From Aureliella sp. (lineage in GTDB: Bacteria > Planctomycetota > Planctomycetia > Pirellulales > Pirellulaceae), in contig OY829846.1 of assembly GCA_963691875.1 (NCBI GenBank), positions 1,568,001 to 1,632,000 of the forward strand: a stretch of DNA of 64,000 nt, in the 5' to 3' direction. Below the pieces are notes generated by a model. It searched no databases and was not told the DNA's origin. It was given only the letters and a program-made list of their open reading frames with translations. Of this stretch, positions 10,609-20,712 are shown in pieces. Position numbers and translations under genes: made by a program. Numbering within the stretch: position 1 is the stretch's first letter; each line of letters opens with the position of its first letter.

Positions 10609-11700
10609 CTACACAATTCGATACGTCGGCACGGGGCGTCCTGGACGAAAACTCTGCAAAGTCTCCATTTCGAAATCCGCACTGTAAGTCTGCGATACTT
10701 GCTTCAAGATATTGACGACCGATTCTTCCAACACCGTTGGATCTGTAGCAACCCGGGCATTCACTACCAAGTTCGCAGACCGCGTCGAATGTTTCGAGGG
10801 CAAGGAAAGCGCGGGTTGGGTAAAGGAACTGACGGAATTGGCGACGGCATAGTTTCCGTCCGACATGCCAATTGCCTTCAAGTGGGCAACTTCTGCTTCT
10901 GCTGAAGCAAACTCATTGTGAAGACTCTCGACGATTGAAAGCAGAAATCCATCCATCTCGAATGCTGATTCAGCAGTCACTTTGAGTTGGCAATTAAGCC
11001 AGCCGAGTTCGGCTTCTCCCTCGGCATACAAGTCGTAGTCTACTTCCATGACGCGCTGACCAAATTCTCCGGACTGCTGCAAAAACTCAAAGTACTCTTC
11101 GAAGCCTTCTCCAGTCTTGGCCGACATTCGTAGCACTGGGCGTCCCGGATACTCCCTTTCGATCGCGGCGGCCAACGTTTCCACCTCATCAGGCTCGATC
11201 TCATCGATGCGATTGATCACGACAAAATCAGCCTCCTCCACCTGCTTCCGAAAGATATAAGCAGCCTTTGGTGAAAATCCACCTTTTCCGTCACCTTGCA
11301 GGATCTTTTGTCCATGACTTGGCTTGAGGATGACACCGTAGGGAGCAATCTCCAGCGGTGTTTCGTAAACGCTGGCTAAGGGCCGAATAACGGTCGCGAC
11401 AAGATCAGTACAGCTTCCTACTGGCTCTGCGATGATGACATCTGGAAGTTCTCCGGAACGCATCGCTTCAACAGTCGCCGTCAAGTCATTGAAGCTACAG
11501 CAGAAGCATGCACCGGCGACTTCACCGACTTCATAACCTTGATTGCGCAACGCGTGCGTGTCGACCAAGTCGGTAGCCTGGTCATTGGTGACTACGCCCA
11601 CACGCAGACCTTGCGACGTGTAATGTCGGGCAAGTCGCCCCACGGTGGTGGACTTTCCGGCCCCTAGAAATCCACCAATCAAAATAAATCTCGCGGGCAT
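10609..11700 (-). CDS. CobW/COG0523-like P-loop GTPase (putative metallochaperone)
   Basis: GGFLGAGKST Walker A, VTND, ACFCC metal motif, EPVG and INRID. Confidence 0.88.
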   Translation of the reverse strand: MPARFILIGGFLGAGKSTTVGRLARHYTSQGLRVGVVTNDQATDLVDTHALRNQGYEVGEVAGACFCCSFNDLTATVEAMRSGELPDVIIAEPVGSCTDLVATVIRPLASVYETPLEIAPYGVILKPSHGQKILQGDGKGGFSPKAAYIFRKQVEEADFVVINRIDEIEPDEVETLAAAIEREYPGRPVLRMSAKTGEGFEEYFEFLQQSGEFGQRVMEVDYDLYAEGEAELGWLNCQLKVTAESAFEMDGFLLSIVESLHNEFASAEAEVAHLKAIGMSDGNYAVANSVSSFTQPALSLPSKHSTRSANLVVNARVATDPTVLEESVVNILKQVSQTYSADFEMETLQSFRPGRPVPTYRIV

Positions 11701-11914
11701 AATGTGTTCTCTTCGACAAAGGCTGCTACTAGTCCGGTTTTGCATTATAGATGCAAGCCCGGCTCGCGACAGCGTCTCTTGTTGTCGTCATTGGCTTGTA
11801 GGACCTCGGTGGCAGCATTGAGCAGATCAACATTTCGTAACCTTGCTGCCGGGAGGCAGGCGATCTGCTATCCTGATCGACCTGCGAAGCCCGAACTAGT
11901 TTTGGCTCGACTTC

Positions 11915-13366
11915 TTGCCTTACAACTGGAGAATGCCAGTGCGTGTTCCGAATCTTGCCTTCCAGGTGTTACTTGTCTTTCTTGCATTTACCCACGTGAG
12001 CCTGGCGGAACGTCCCAATATCGTCCTGTTTGTTACCGACGACCAAAGTCCTGACATAGGCGCTATGGGAAATCCAGCGATCCAAACGCCAAACATGGAC
12101 GCGCTCGCAAAAGACGGTATCGTCTTCGAGCAAGCCTTTTGCACGACAGCCAGCTGCAGTGCCTCACGGTCCGTGATCCTGAGCGGCTTACACAATCACT
12201 ATAACGGCCAGTACGGGCACCAGCATTCGTATCATCACTTTCAAAGTTTTGATCGCGTACGCAGCTTGCCCAACCGACTAACTGAGTCTGACTACGAGAC
12301 CATTCGCATCGGGAAGTATCATGTTGCACCGGAAGAAGTGTACCAATTTGAAACCGTTCTAAAAGGCAATACCCGCAATCCGGTCGAAATGGCGAATAAC
12401 GTCGGGAAGTACTTTGATGGTTCCAACGAAAAGCGACCATTCTTTTTATACTTTTGCACGTCCGATCCGCATCGCGGAGGTGGAACTCGCGAGGACATTC
12501 CGTTCTCCCCGAACGCATTCGGCAACAAGCCGCAAGGGTATCCAGGTGTAAGAAATGTGACTTACAGTGCTACTGAAGTAAAAGTACCACCTTTTCTTCC
12601 GGACACACCAACATGCCGAGCAGAGTTAGCGCAGTATTACGAGAGCATCTCACGCATCGACCAAGGATTGGGACGACTTGTTGCAATCTTGAAAGACCGT
12701 GAAATCTATGACAATACGATCGTGATCTTTACTAGCGATCATGGCATGGCATTCCCAGGTGGAAAGACAACTTTGTACGAACCCGGGATGCGCGTACCAA
12801 TGATTGTGCATGATCCGAGAGTCGCGAAACGCGGGCTCCGAAGCAATGCGATGCTCAGTCATGTCGACTTAGTGCCTACGATTCTGGACATGGCGGAAAG
12901 TCTTGGAGCAGGAGAGCACAAGCCAAAGGATTTTCATGGACGTAGCTGGGCATCGCTGACTGACGGTCGCACAGCGGATGATCGGGACACCGTGTATGCC
13001 TCGCACACTTTTCATGAGATCCAGATGTACTATCCGATGAAAGTTGTGCACGGAGAGCGTTATAAGTTGATTTGGAATATCGCTCATCAGCTGCCTTATC
13101 CCTTTGCCTCGGACCTGTGGGCCGCACCAACGTGGCAGATGCAATACAAACAAGGTCTGCAGACGATGTATGGAAAACGCACGGTCGAACGCTACATCCA
13201 TCGTCCGCAGTTCGAACTCTTTGATTTAGTCGAAGATCCACATGAAACCTTGAACCTGTCGGATAGCCCGGAGCATCAAAAACTGTTGTCGGAGATGAAA
13301 GCCGAGCTAAAGGCATTTCAAAAGCGCACGAAGGATCCTTGGATCATGAAATGGAATTACGAGTGA
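11915..13366 (+). CDS. Sulfatase (S1; N-sulfoglucosamine sulfohydrolase-like)
   Basis: RPNIVLFVTDD, CSASR formylglycine motif, GKYH and SDHG. Confidence 0.92.
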   Translation: MPYNWRMPVRVPNLAFQVLLVFLAFTHVSLAERPNIVLFVTDDQSPDIGAMGNPAIQTPNMDALAKDGIVFEQAFCTTASCSASRSVILSGLHNHYNGQYGHQHSYHHFQSFDRVRSLPNRLTESDYETIRIGKYHVAPEEVYQFETVLKGNTRNPVEMANNVGKYFDGSNEKRPFFLYFCTSDPHRGGGTREDIPFSPNAFGNKPQGYPGVRNVTYSATEVKVPPFLPDTPTCRAELAQYYESISRIDQGLGRLVAILKDREIYDNTIVIFTSDHGMAFPGGKTTLYEPGMRVPMIVHDPRVAKRGLRSNAMLSHVDLVPTILDMAESLGAGEHKPKDFHGRSWASLTDGRTADDRDTVYASHTFHEIQMYYPMKVVHGERYKLIWNIAHQLPYPFASDLWAAPTWQMQYKQGLQTMYGKRTVERYIHRPQFELFDLVEDPHETLNLSDSPEHQKLLSEMKAELKAFQKRTKDPWIMKWNYE

Positions 13367-13382
13367 GCATGGGAATCGAATC

Positions 13383-14192
13383 ATGACAGTAAAGCTCTTC
13401 ACGGTAGATGCCTTTGCCGAAAATGCGTTTTCGGGCAATCAGGCCGCTGTCTGTTTGCTGCAGCAGCCACGCGAGGACTCTTGGATGCAGGCCCTCGCAA
13501 AAGAAATCAACTACGCGGAAACAGCCTTTGTGACGTCAACTGGTGACGATTTTTCATTGCGTTGGTTCACCCCTGCCTATGAAGTCGACCTTTGCGGCCA
13601 TGCTACGCTTGCTACCTCGCACGTGCTGTGGAAGGAACTGGGCGTCGAGCAACAGCTGTTGCGTTTCATCACGCGCAGCGGAGAACTTATTGCTTCGCGG
13701 TCAGGCGACGACATCAAAATGGACTTTCCCTCAACGCCACCCGCTGAGCAGGAATTGCAGCGTGACATTCTTGAATCCCTTGGAGTCACGCCAACATACT
13801 GCGGAATGTCACGTTTTGATGCCTTTGTCGTATTGAGGACAGAATCGGAAGTGCGCGATTGTCGTCCAGATTTCGAAGCGCTTGCCAAGGCGACGGTCCG
13901 TGGTGTCATCGTGACGGCAGAAAGCATGAGTGACGAGTACGACTTCGTCTCACGTTTCTTCGCACCCTCGGCAGGTATCGATGAAGATCCTGTTACCGGT
14001 TCGGCTCATTGCTGCCTGGCACCCTATTGGGCAACCGTACTTGGGCAACCAGACAACCCAAGGCTTAAGATGCAGGGCTATCAAGCCTCGAAACGCGGCG
14101 GAATGGTAGGCGTCGAACTTCGAGGCGACCGAGTAGTGTTGTCAGGCAAAGCCATTACGATCATCCGCGGCGAACTCGCGATTGAGGAGTGA
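13383..14192 (+). CDS. PhzF-family isomerase/epimerase
   Basis: VDAF...GNQAAV, ETAF, EVDLCGHAT and EDPVTGSAHC. Confidence 0.93.
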   Translation: MTVKLFTVDAFAENAFSGNQAAVCLLQQPREDSWMQALAKEINYAETAFVTSTGDDFSLRWFTPAYEVDLCGHATLATSHVLWKELGVEQQLLRFITRSGELIASRSGDDIKMDFPSTPPAEQELQRDILESLGVTPTYCGMSRFDAFVVLRTESEVRDCRPDFEALAKATVRGVIVTAESMSDEYDFVSRFFAPSAGIDEDPVTGSAHCCLAPYWATVLGQPDNPRLKMQGYQASKRGGMVGVELRGDRVVLSGKAITIIRGELAIEE

Positions 14193-14200
14193 CACCTTCG

Positions 14201-16132
14201 CTAGTTTCCTACCGTCGTCGCGCGGATCTGACTTCGCATCTTCGGGCTGCGGTGGATCGAGTGCGTCGCGACCCGAAAGTCTTCGTCCTTGGCTTCGAAG
14301 ATGTTGGAAACGTACTTTTGAGGATTTCGGTCCACAAACGGGAACCAACTACCTTGAACCTGGATCATGATGCGATGTCCGCGTTTGAAAGTGTGAAGTA
14401 CATCATGAAGCTCGAACTTGATATTCTCGGGCTTGCCTGCGGTCAGCGGCTCAGGTAGCTCAAAACTATTACGGAATCGAGTCCTCATAACTTGTCCGCG
14501 AACCAACTGCTGCCTGCCACTCTGAAATTCAGGATCGTCGCCAGCGACTGGTCGCCCGGGGAACTCGTCCACGACCTTCACCACGACGTCGGCTGCAGTT
14601 CCCGTCGTGCTGAACCAAAGGTCTGCTGTCAGCGGCCCTGCGAGGGTCACGTCCTCTTCCAGCGGTTCGCTGCGATAGACGAGCACATCTGGTCGTCGTG
14701 ATGCAAAACGCTGATCTTCGGTCATGTAATCGCGAGCCCAACGACTTGAGATCTCGGTCGTGTAAGGTACTGGCTTACTGGGATCGCTCAAAAACGAGTC
14801 CACGGCATTTTTTTCGGCTTCTCCTACTTCGGACTCGACAAGTGAAATCCTGTGTCCGGCCTCCAACACGAGATTCAACGGCTTGGCTTGCTTTGGCGGC
14901 CAAGCATCAAAACTGCGCCAGCGGTTCGCACCAGTTTCAAAAACTATTGCTTCAGCATGCTTGGCTCGATCAGAGCCCTTCAAGTGGTGTTCAAAGAATG
15001 GCAACTCCACTTGGGTGCGAAACCAAGCAGCTGTGGGCCAATCAAAACTGGCGTCACCTAGGCTATCGCCAGGGGACCGATTCCAGCCACCATGATACCA
15101 AGGTCCCATAACCAAGGTGTTTTCGATTTGCGGATTATTCTTCTCAATAGATTCGTAGATTCGCAGAGGACCGTACAAATCCTCAGTGTCATACCAACCG
15201 CCGACGACTAAAACTGCGCAGTGTATATTCTTCAGGTGCGGTATAATGTTCCGACTCTGCCAGAAGTAATCGTAGTTGGGATGCGCGGCTGTCTGGTTCC
15301 AAAAGTCAATTTCATACTTGAAGTACTTTTCGTTCACGTTCTTCAATGAGCCAAGCTCCAAAAAGAATTGATAAGCGTCATCGGTACCAAAATCGAGACG
15401 CGAGCCGCTCTCGGTGGTTGGACCTTCTCGTTTCTGTCCAAAGGAGGAAAAGAAAGTCATCGCTAGCTGCACATTGAAAGCACCGTTGCGATGCATATCA
15501 TCCCAAAACCAATCGCCAATCGGCGCTTGCGGAGAGATACACCTGAGAGCTGGATGCGAGTTGATGGCACCGGCTGCGGTGTAGAAACCCGGGTAGGAGA
15601 TTCCCCATTGACCGAATCGTCCGTTGTGCATCGTGAGCTTTTGCGACAGCCATTCAATCGTATCGAAGGTATCCGTACTCTCGTCAAAATCGGCCTGCTT
15701 TTTGTCCTCCAGATGAGGCCGCATGTTGACAAACTCGCCCTCAGACATGTACTTTCCGCGCACGTCTTGAAACGCAAAGATGTAGCCAGACTTTTCGAAT
15801 TCGATATTCGGTCCCAGACGCGTCTTATATTGGTCCACACCGTAAGGACCGACGCTGTAGGGAGTCCGCATCAGGATTACGGGATAGGTTTTGGTGGTAT
15901 CAGCGTCATTCGGAATGTAGACGCAAGTGAAGAGCTTCGTGCCGTCACGCATCGGAATCCGATATTCGAACTTCGAGTAGTTGGCACGAATGAATTCTAC
16001 GCGAGTCTCCGCAGCGTCCTGCGCGAAACTCGCGACGGGGTAGAAGAAAAAAAGGAGACTTGCGGAGAGACACAACTTGTTCATGAGAATTTCCGTCGGC
16101 ATGGAGCGTGAGAATGACGTTTGGACCAGCAT
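14201..16132 (-). CDS. CocE/NonD family hydrolase (peptidase S15)
   Basis: IPMRDG, RTPY, QDVRG, WGISYPG nucleophile, GWYD and GPWYH; signal peptide. Confidence 0.92.
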   Translation of the reverse strand: MLVQTSFSRSMPTEILMNKLCLSASLLFFFYPVASFAQDAAETRVEFIRANYSKFEYRIPMRDGTKLFTCVYIPNDADTTKTYPVILMRTPYSVGPYGVDQYKTRLGPNIEFEKSGYIFAFQDVRGKYMSEGEFVNMRPHLEDKKQADFDESTDTFDTIEWLSQKLTMHNGRFGQWGISYPGFYTAAGAINSHPALRCISPQAPIGDWFWDDMHRNGAFNVQLAMTFFSSFGQKREGPTTESGSRLDFGTDDAYQFFLELGSLKNVNEKYFKYEIDFWNQTAAHPNYDYFWQSRNIIPHLKNIHCAVLVVGGWYDTEDLYGPLRIYESIEKNNPQIENTLVMGPWYHGGWNRSPGDSLGDASFDWPTAAWFRTQVELPFFEHHLKGSDRAKHAEAIVFETGANRWRSFDAWPPKQAKPLNLVLEAGHRISLVESEVGEAEKNAVDSFLSDPSKPVPYTTEISSRWARDYMTEDQRFASRRPDVLVYRSEPLEEDVTLAGPLTADLWFSTTGTAADVVVKVVDEFPGRPVAGDDPEFQSGRQQLVRGQVMRTRFRNSFELPEPLTAGKPENIKFELHDVLHTFKRGHRIMIQVQGSWFPFVDRNPQKYVSNIFEAKDEDFRVATHSIHRSPKMRSQIRATTVGN

Positions 16133-16208
16133 ACTTCGCGCTAACGATTCTCACTAGCGGCGGCGAAGGAAAATCAAGTCTCACATAGTCGTCGTCGCGG
16201 GCACCGAG

Positions 16209-17762
16209 CTACTTAGCCCAATCAGGGGTGCCGAACCAGTCTTCCATTTCCTTCAAGAACGGAGCGACCACTTCCTCGGACTCCAATGTAACTCCACGAT
16301 CCCCGGTCTCGGCGATCCAAGTGTCGAGAGCCGCACGCATTCGAAGCATGATACGACGATGCTTGGGTGACTCCGCCAAGTTCTTGATCTCATGAGGATC
16401 CTCTTGGGTATCGAAGAGCATCTCCCTTGCGAAAGGTTGCATCAGCTCCAGAGGCGGGCCGGTGAGTTTACCTTCTGCCAACATCGTTCGCATCAAGGGT
16501 TTGATCGCAAAGCACTTCTCTTTATAGCGATTGAGTGTCGGAAAGCCTGCTCCCTCGGTGTAGTTTCGCACGTAGTGGTAGCGAGCATCGCGCACGGAGC
16601 GTTGCCGCACGACCGTCTCATCAATGCGATCTCTTGCACTAAAGGCATATTTCCTTGCAGGTTGACGGTTGGGCCCAACAAAAACGCGAGACTGCATGCT
16701 GGTTGGCGGCGTGATCCCCGCGAGATCCAGCGTAGTGGCGGTGATGTCTAGCAGGCTGATTACCCGATCACTGACTTTGCCGGGTTTAGCATCCTTTGGG
16801 GCTGGAAAATTCTCTGGCCAGGCGATGACCATCGGTACATGGATACCACTGTCGAAACACCAGTGAATTCCACGCGGTTCCAATCGGCCGTTGTCGCCGA
16901 AAAAGACAATGATGGTGTTGTCTGCAGTGCCGTCTTTCTCAAGTTGCTCCAAGATCCAACCGATTCGGACATCCATGCCAGAGGCCGAATTGAGGTACCT
17001 GGCCCACTCCGATCGAACAACGGGATGATCGGGATAATAGGGCGGAGGAGTTACATTCTCTGGCGTCGCAATCTTCGGGTGCCATTCCTCGCCAACCCAA
17101 GGAACGCGAGTTTTATCTTTAGTCTTGCGATCGTAAATATCGTATTCCGCCTCAGGCATGTTGATCTGAGCGAAGAAGGGCTGATTGTCCTTGAGGCCTT
17201 TCCAATCAACTGTTGAGTACAAATCGCCTTCGTTCACAAAATTCAAATCTAACTTGCCGGTGCCCACTACACGATCGCCGATCGTTTTGATGTTGGCTGT
17301 CGTATACCCCACATCCTGCAAGCGATGCGTCAGCGGCCGGACTCCCTCCGGCAGGTGGAAGTCGTCGTCGCGGTGCGAACGCATGTTATGCATGTCGGTC
17401 GTTGTCGCGTATATACCAGTGAAGAATGCTGAGCGGCTTGGAGCGCAAACTGGCGAGGTAGAGAACACGTTGGTGTAGCGAATTCCTCGCTCTGCCAAAC
17501 CGTCAATATTGGGCGTTTTTACGTTCTTTGCGTTGTAGCAGCCAAAGTCTAAATCAAAATTCTCCGCTACAATCCAAACGATATTCGGCCGTTTAGGTTG
17601 GGCGTTTGGGTTTTGTGCTTGGCTGTAGCCAGCCCCAAGGCAGAAAGTAAAGACAACTAGTAGTGCAGGCAGAACTCGAATCGAAATCACTTTCAAACTT
17701 CCTTTGGCGGCCCCGAAGAGAAACGAATCAAACTGCACAACATCATAGTCACTTTCGAGCAA
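16209..17762 (-). CDS. Sulfatase (S1)
   Basis: RPNIVWI, CAPSR motif and GDNG. The true start is likely downstream of 17762. Confidence 0.9.
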   Translation of the reverse strand: MLESDYDVVQFDSFLFGAAKGSLKVISIRVLPALLVVFTFCLGAGYSQAQNPNAQPKRPNIVWIVAENFDLDFGCYNAKNVKTPNIDGLAERGIRYTNVFSTSPVCAPSRSAFFTGIYATTTDMHNMRSHRDDDFHLPEGVRPLTHRLQDVGYTTANIKTIGDRVVGTGKLDLNFVNEGDLYSTVDWKGLKDNQPFFAQINMPEAEYDIYDRKTKDKTRVPWVGEEWHPKIATPENVTPPPYYPDHPVVRSEWARYLNSASGMDVRIGWILEQLEKDGTADNTIIVFFGDNGRLEPRGIHWCFDSGIHVPMVIAWPENFPAPKDAKPGKVSDRVISLLDITATTLDLAGITPPTSMQSRVFVGPNRQPARKYAFSARDRIDETVVRQRSVRDARYHYVRNYTEGAGFPTLNRYKEKCFAIKPLMRTMLAEGKLTGPPLELMQPFAREMLFDTQEDPHEIKNLAESPKHRRIMLRMRAALDTWIAETGDRGVTLESEEVVAPFLKEMEDWFGTPDWAK

Positions 17763-18031
17763 CGCATTCCGGTATTGGGTATTGCCAACCAGTGCAGAGC
17801 AGAGATTTACTCTTGGCCAAGTGATCAGTACACGCCAGAGGCGGGTTGAACCAAGAAAACGCCGGCCCGCGACTAGCGTCGTCGGCTCACAGATTGATTC
17901 TCTAACTTGCCCTGGGTTTGCATGAGTTTATTTCGAACGGATGCGTCGCCGCACCCGCGGAGTGACAAGCGAAATCGAGGTGCCCACAAGAAACAGATTG
18001 CCTATCGTCAGCGTCGGAGACGATAATATGC

Positions 18032-18604
18032 GTGTCCTTGTTCTTGATTTCAGTCCAGTCATTGCTGTTAATGGGTGCGTTATTCTTTTTCCTTGCTTAA
18101 AAAGACAACGTTCGCTATCTCCAGGAGATATTCGATTTGCGATTGCTCTACCGTTACTTTGCAAACAGCAGTTCCAAGAGTGCGTTCGTGGGCAAAATCG
18201 TGGCCGTGCTGCTCGCCCTGATTGCCACTTGCGGATTTGTGGGAGGCCTCTTCCAGCACCAGGCTGAATGGGTAGGCGTCAGCTATGCTTGCTTGTTTAT
18301 TGTGCTGTTTTGGAAGCCAGCTTTCCGAGCGTTGCAGAACTTTACGCTACTACACCTGTTCATTCTCGTCGCTGCCAATGCGATTTTGTTAGTTTCAGTT
18401 CGAGGCGCGATACCGAATGCTGAGCCAATTCCCACAACGCTTGCATCGCTTTTCGTCGGTACTGGGGCCGTCTTGTTGTGCTCTGCTGTGGTGCAGAATT
18501 TTGATCGGGTAAAGCGAGTTAGCGTCGCGGAACGTCTTGATAGAAAGCAAGACGAGCTCCACGCTTTGGACGGAAAAGAGTCAAAGAAAAAATCGGCAGA
18601 GTAG
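18032..18604 (+). CDS. Hypothetical multi-pass membrane protein, possibly interrupted by an in-frame TAA at 18098
   Basis: Several hydrophobic segments. The upstream in-frame stretch (VSLFLISVQSLLLMGALFFFLA*KDNV) continues the same frame. Confidence 0.55.
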
Positions 18605-18663
18605 AAGGCAGACATTGCAGCCATAACGTCGTTAGAAGCAAATACTCCGCAGGTGACTCTACC

Positions 18664-19287
18664 CTAATGGATTAGTTGTTGTTGTTTCCTATCTTCAAAC
18701 GCTTTGAGCCGTGGCTGCATGTATTCAGTGAGTTCTTCCATTTCGATGGGACGATAGTCACAAGCGTCAACGCCAACATCTTTGGCAAGTCGCCAGTTCT
18801 GCTGCTCGTCTTCACCGACGAGCGCCCCGTGAACGTGCCCGTAGAGATGCCAGCTTCCATGAAAGGATTTGTCCCAAGTCCGCATTGGATAGTGGTTCAG
18901 CCAGATTTTCTGGCCGTTGGCTCGCACCATGCCTTGCTCGATCGTCTGCTGAAAGACCTCGCCCACACTGCGATGATCGTGATTTCCCCAGACCAGTCGA
19001 ACGTCTCGGCATTGAATTCGATCACGGTAGTGCCGTGCCTGCTCGAGCTTTCCCCAGCAGAAATCGCCTAAGACCCAGAGGGTGTCCTGCTGGCCAACTC
19101 GCGTATTGATGGCATCCAGAATTCCAGCATCATGCCGACGGACCGTCTCGTCTGACAGGTTGCAATCACCTCTTTGATCAGACTTAGCCAGCTGGCGTTC
19201 CCTCTCACCCAGAAAGGGCCGATTGCAGTACTTGATAATGTTTTTGTGGCCGAAATGAGTGTCGGCAGTAAACCAAACTTTGTGCAT
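18664..19287 (-). CDS. Calcineurin-like metallophosphoesterase (COG4186-type)
   Basis: DTHFGH, LGD, GNHD, HYP and HLYGHVH motifs. Confidence 0.9.
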   Translation of the reverse strand: MHKVWFTADTHFGHKNIIKYCNRPFLGERERQLAKSDQRGDCNLSDETVRRHDAGILDAINTRVGQQDTLWVLGDFCWGKLEQARHYRDRIQCRDVRLVWGNHDHRSVGEVFQQTIEQGMVRANGQKIWLNHYPMRTWDKSFHGSWHLYGHVHGALVGEDEQQNWRLAKDVGVDACDYRPIEMEELTEYMQPRLKAFEDRKQQQLIH

Positions 19288-19557
19288 CTTGCTTTTCGTG
19301 TTTCTCTTTTCACTTTCTCGCTCTTGTATTTTCGCTCGAGACACGCCCCGTACCAAGGTGGTCCACGTCAATCATTTAGGCTTCGAGAGACGGGGGCTGG
19401 ATGAACTGCCTTGGGCAAACAACAATATCGAGCCGGGATCTGTCCATGTTCGTTTATCCTGCTCTGCCATTCGGCCGAGATCGTATTGTGAACATTGCTG
19501 GCGAGCGAATTGAAAGTCAGCTTCGAGGAATAATGGCCTTGAGAAGCAAGTTAGGAG

Positions 19558-20670
19558 TTGTTGATGCCAAAACAGGAATGTCGCTGGGGAATTTTAGGAA
19601 CCGCGGGAATCGCACGAAAAAACTGGAAGGCGATCAAGCTCAGTGGCAATGCCTGTGTGACTGCGGTGGCCAGCCGTAGTGTCGAGTCGGCTCAACGCTT
19701 CATAGACGAGTGCTCCAGTCAAGTACCACCGACGACTACACCAGAGGCACTGGGTTCCTATGAGGACCTTCTTAGCCGTGATGACGTCGATGCAGTCTAC
19801 ATTCCCTTACCGACCGCATTACGTTTCGAGTGGGTCCTCAAGGCGGCGGAAGCTGGCAAGCATGTGATGGGGGAGAAGCCGGCAGCGACCAACGCAACGC
19901 AGGTGGCGGAGATGCTTGAGGTTTGCAAGCAAAACAACGTTCAATACATGGACGGTGTAATGTTCATGCACAGCGCGCGGCTTCCGATGATTAGGTCTGT
20001 TCTAGACGATCCGAATCAACTGGGTAAAGTTCGACGTTTGACCAGCCAGTTCTCGTTTGCTGGCGACGAAGAATTTTGCCGATCGAACATTCGAACTCAC
20101 AGCGAGCTCGAGCCGCACGGCTGCCTTGGCGACCTTGGCTGGTATTGCTCTCGGATGTTCATGTGGATCTTGAGGGGAGAAATGCCGTCGGAGGTACGGG
20201 CCCGAGTCCTAACCCCTTTGCAAGGCCAGGGCAGCCCAGATAGCGTTCCGGGTGAATTCACTGCGGAGCTAACTTTCGCCGACGGTGTAACAGCTTGTTT
20301 CTATAATTCGTTCATCACTGAGAACCAGCAATATGTTTGTGCCAGTGGTGACAAAGGTTGGATGCGGCTAGACGATTTCGTCCTGCCATATCATGGGGCA
20401 GAGCTAGCGATCAATGTGGCACAAGACCGATTTGAAGTCGACAACTGCGAATTCCATATGGAGCAGCATCATCGTCGCCTGGCAGTCCGCGAGTATGACT
20501 CCAATCAGCCCGGCTCGCAGGAAGTTCGGTTGTTCCAGAAGTTCTCCGATTTGGTTAACAAAGGTGAACTGGATCCGACTTGGCCCGAATGGACACTCAA
20601 GACTCAAAAAGTCCTAGATGCGTGCTTCGAGTCTTCGAAGCAAGATGGTGCTGTGGTCCAGATCACGTGA
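19558..20670 (+). CDS. Gfo/Idh/MocA oxidoreductase
   Basis: WGILGTAGIA, AVYIPLP, GKHVMGEKP and GCLGDLGWY. Confidence 0.92.
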   Translation: MLMPKQECRWGILGTAGIARKNWKAIKLSGNACVTAVASRSVESAQRFIDECSSQVPPTTTPEALGSYEDLLSRDDVDAVYIPLPTALRFEWVLKAAEAGKHVMGEKPAATNATQVAEMLEVCKQNNVQYMDGVMFMHSARLPMIRSVLDDPNQLGKVRRLTSQFSFAGDEEFCRSNIRTHSELEPHGCLGDLGWYCSRMFMWILRGEMPSEVRARVLTPLQGQGSPDSVPGEFTAELTFADGVTACFYNSFITENQQYVCASGDKGWMRLDDFVLPYHGAELAINVAQDRFEVDNCEFHMEQHHRRLAVREYDSNQPGSQEVRLFQKFSDLVNKGELDPTWPEWTLKTQKVLDACFESSKQDGAVVQIT

Positions 20671-20712
20671 TCGCCCTGCAGGGATCCGTGTCGCTAGAAG
20701 AGCTTCTATCCG

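Noticed and set aside
18664..19287. Phage-type metallophosphoesterase as a possible prophage or defence marker
   Set aside because: An isolated gene with no phage or defence neighbours; the family also occurs in bacterial chromosomes.
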